The notes under the pieces are model-generated. The model ran no database searches and was not told where the DNA came from. It saw only the letters and a program-made list of their open reading frames with translations. A stretch of 64,000 nt of DNA from NCBI RefSeq assembly GCF_964188315.1, contig NC_135663.1, forward strand, positions 43,338,001 to 43,402,000, written 5' to 3'. This document shows positions 62,778-64,000 of this stretch, piece by piece. Source of the stretch: Podarcis muralis. Lineage: Eukaryota. The position numbers and the translations under genes are program-made. Within the stretch, counting starts at the first letter, position 1. Every line of letters begins with the position of its first letter.

Positions 62778-63263
62778 GGGGTGAATAACTTGTTGCCATC
62801 CAGATTTCATTGAATTAGAAGTTCCTTCATCATTGGCCATTGGCCATGCTGGCTGGAGCTGATGAGAACTGGAGTCCAAAAACATCTGGAGCAGCAGTGG
62901 AGCAAACTGATCAGGCATCTGGGGCAGGGCCCAAGGCGGGGCCAGCCATCTGTGGGGCAGGGCCAGCCAGGGGTAGGACACTCCATGGGGCCTCCAAGGA
63001 GGCTATCTGCCTCCTCCCACTCAGCCACTCTACAGCTGAGGGGGAGGCAGCAGATGGACCATTTGGGCAGCACGGAGCCTGCGTGTGCCCAAGCCACCGT
63101 GTCTCTCGCAGGAAAGACGAGTGGCTCCAGTGCGTTGCAGGCCCCGCGGTGAGTGCCACCCAGCATTTTGTCAGACACCCCCCACTGGTGACACATGGGG
63201 CAACCTGCCCTTACTGCACCCCCTTCCTCTGCCACTGATCTGGAGGGCCATAGGCTCACTCTG
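62778..63263. mobile_element. Palindromic hAT MITE interrupted by a second hAT element at 62892-63237
   Basis: The inner element has TSD ATCTGGAG (62884-62891, 63238-63245) and degenerate CAG(C/T)GG(C/T)GGAG TIRs. The outer sequence ...AACATCTGGAG|GGCCATAGG rejoins across it. Confidence 0.75.
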
Positions 63264-64000
63264 AATGGAAGAATGAGAGATGAAGAAAGCACAATACAAA
63301 TAGCCCAGCAAGAAGAAAAGGAACTCACTTTGCTGTCCTAACTAACTTTGCTGCATGAAGAGGAAGACACACCATGGAAGCTATTGGGTCCATCACAACA
63401 ACTTCAGCAATGCTGCAAAGGATCTGAAGGTAGATTTCTAAGGCCACTTGCTGTTTCATGGGCTTTCCTTAAAATAACAAAACAAAACAAAAACTTGCAT
63501 TGCAGTTAACTGGTGAACAGCTGAATCCAATTATTTTTGACAGATACGTTTTAAGGGAAAATCCTTTGCTTTCACCAACTAGCCATCACTGAAACATCAA
63601 ATCCCTCTTAAAGTACTATATACTCTGTGTCCTTTTCCCCACAATCCATTATGAACTGCAAAATTGTTTATGAGAACAGAAAAGTATTTGAACAGCTTCA
63701 ACAGGGTCAGCAAATATCATGACAATGCAACAGGGGAATCTTTCAGTGCCCTGTCCAATAACAACCCTTCAAACTGTAGCACCTACGGTAGGACAAATAT
63801 GCTTTGATGGAGTAGATCTTCCTGTAATCTGTCTACTTGCCTTGCTATATTCTATTTTAAGGATCTTGTTAATTTCTCCTACCAATACAAAACATCCACC
63901 AATGTTAATAATAATTATTCACCAAGCTGTCTACCACCAGGGCCTTGGTGTGGCTTAATGGGCTGCCAGCTTGGGAAGGCTCTGGCAACTTTAACTTCCT

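Overview
This is eukaryotic, not microbial, DNA. It is a repeat-rich intronic or intergenic window from a squamate reptile. Seven Sauria SINEs, a BovB tail, a Squam3-like SINE and CR1/L2/L1 fossils point to a lizard, probably a lacertid. I could not recognise any host protein-coding exon, tRNA, rRNA, snRNA, miRNA or CRISPR array. Almost all short ORFs in the track are artefacts of microsatellites, N gaps or repeats. The real coding content is transposon-derived: (1) two young Penelope-like (PLE, RT + GIY-YIG) insertions at 5157-7979 and 40199-42115; (2) an uninterrupted 413-codon RTE-X-like reverse transcriptase between two gaps (21706-22944), with (GATA)n sequence on both sides; (3) decayed hAT transposase, L1 and L2 pieces. 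The two PLE insertions are the most structured feature. Each is a large head-to-head palindrome with (TA)n at both ends and a minimal hammerhead ribozyme motif in each arm. Each has one long and one short 3' end in the same arrangement, and an inversion junction that fuses an antisense ORF in frame to the endonuclease ORF. Three assembly gaps are present. All family assignments are from motif recognition by eye; no database search was run.
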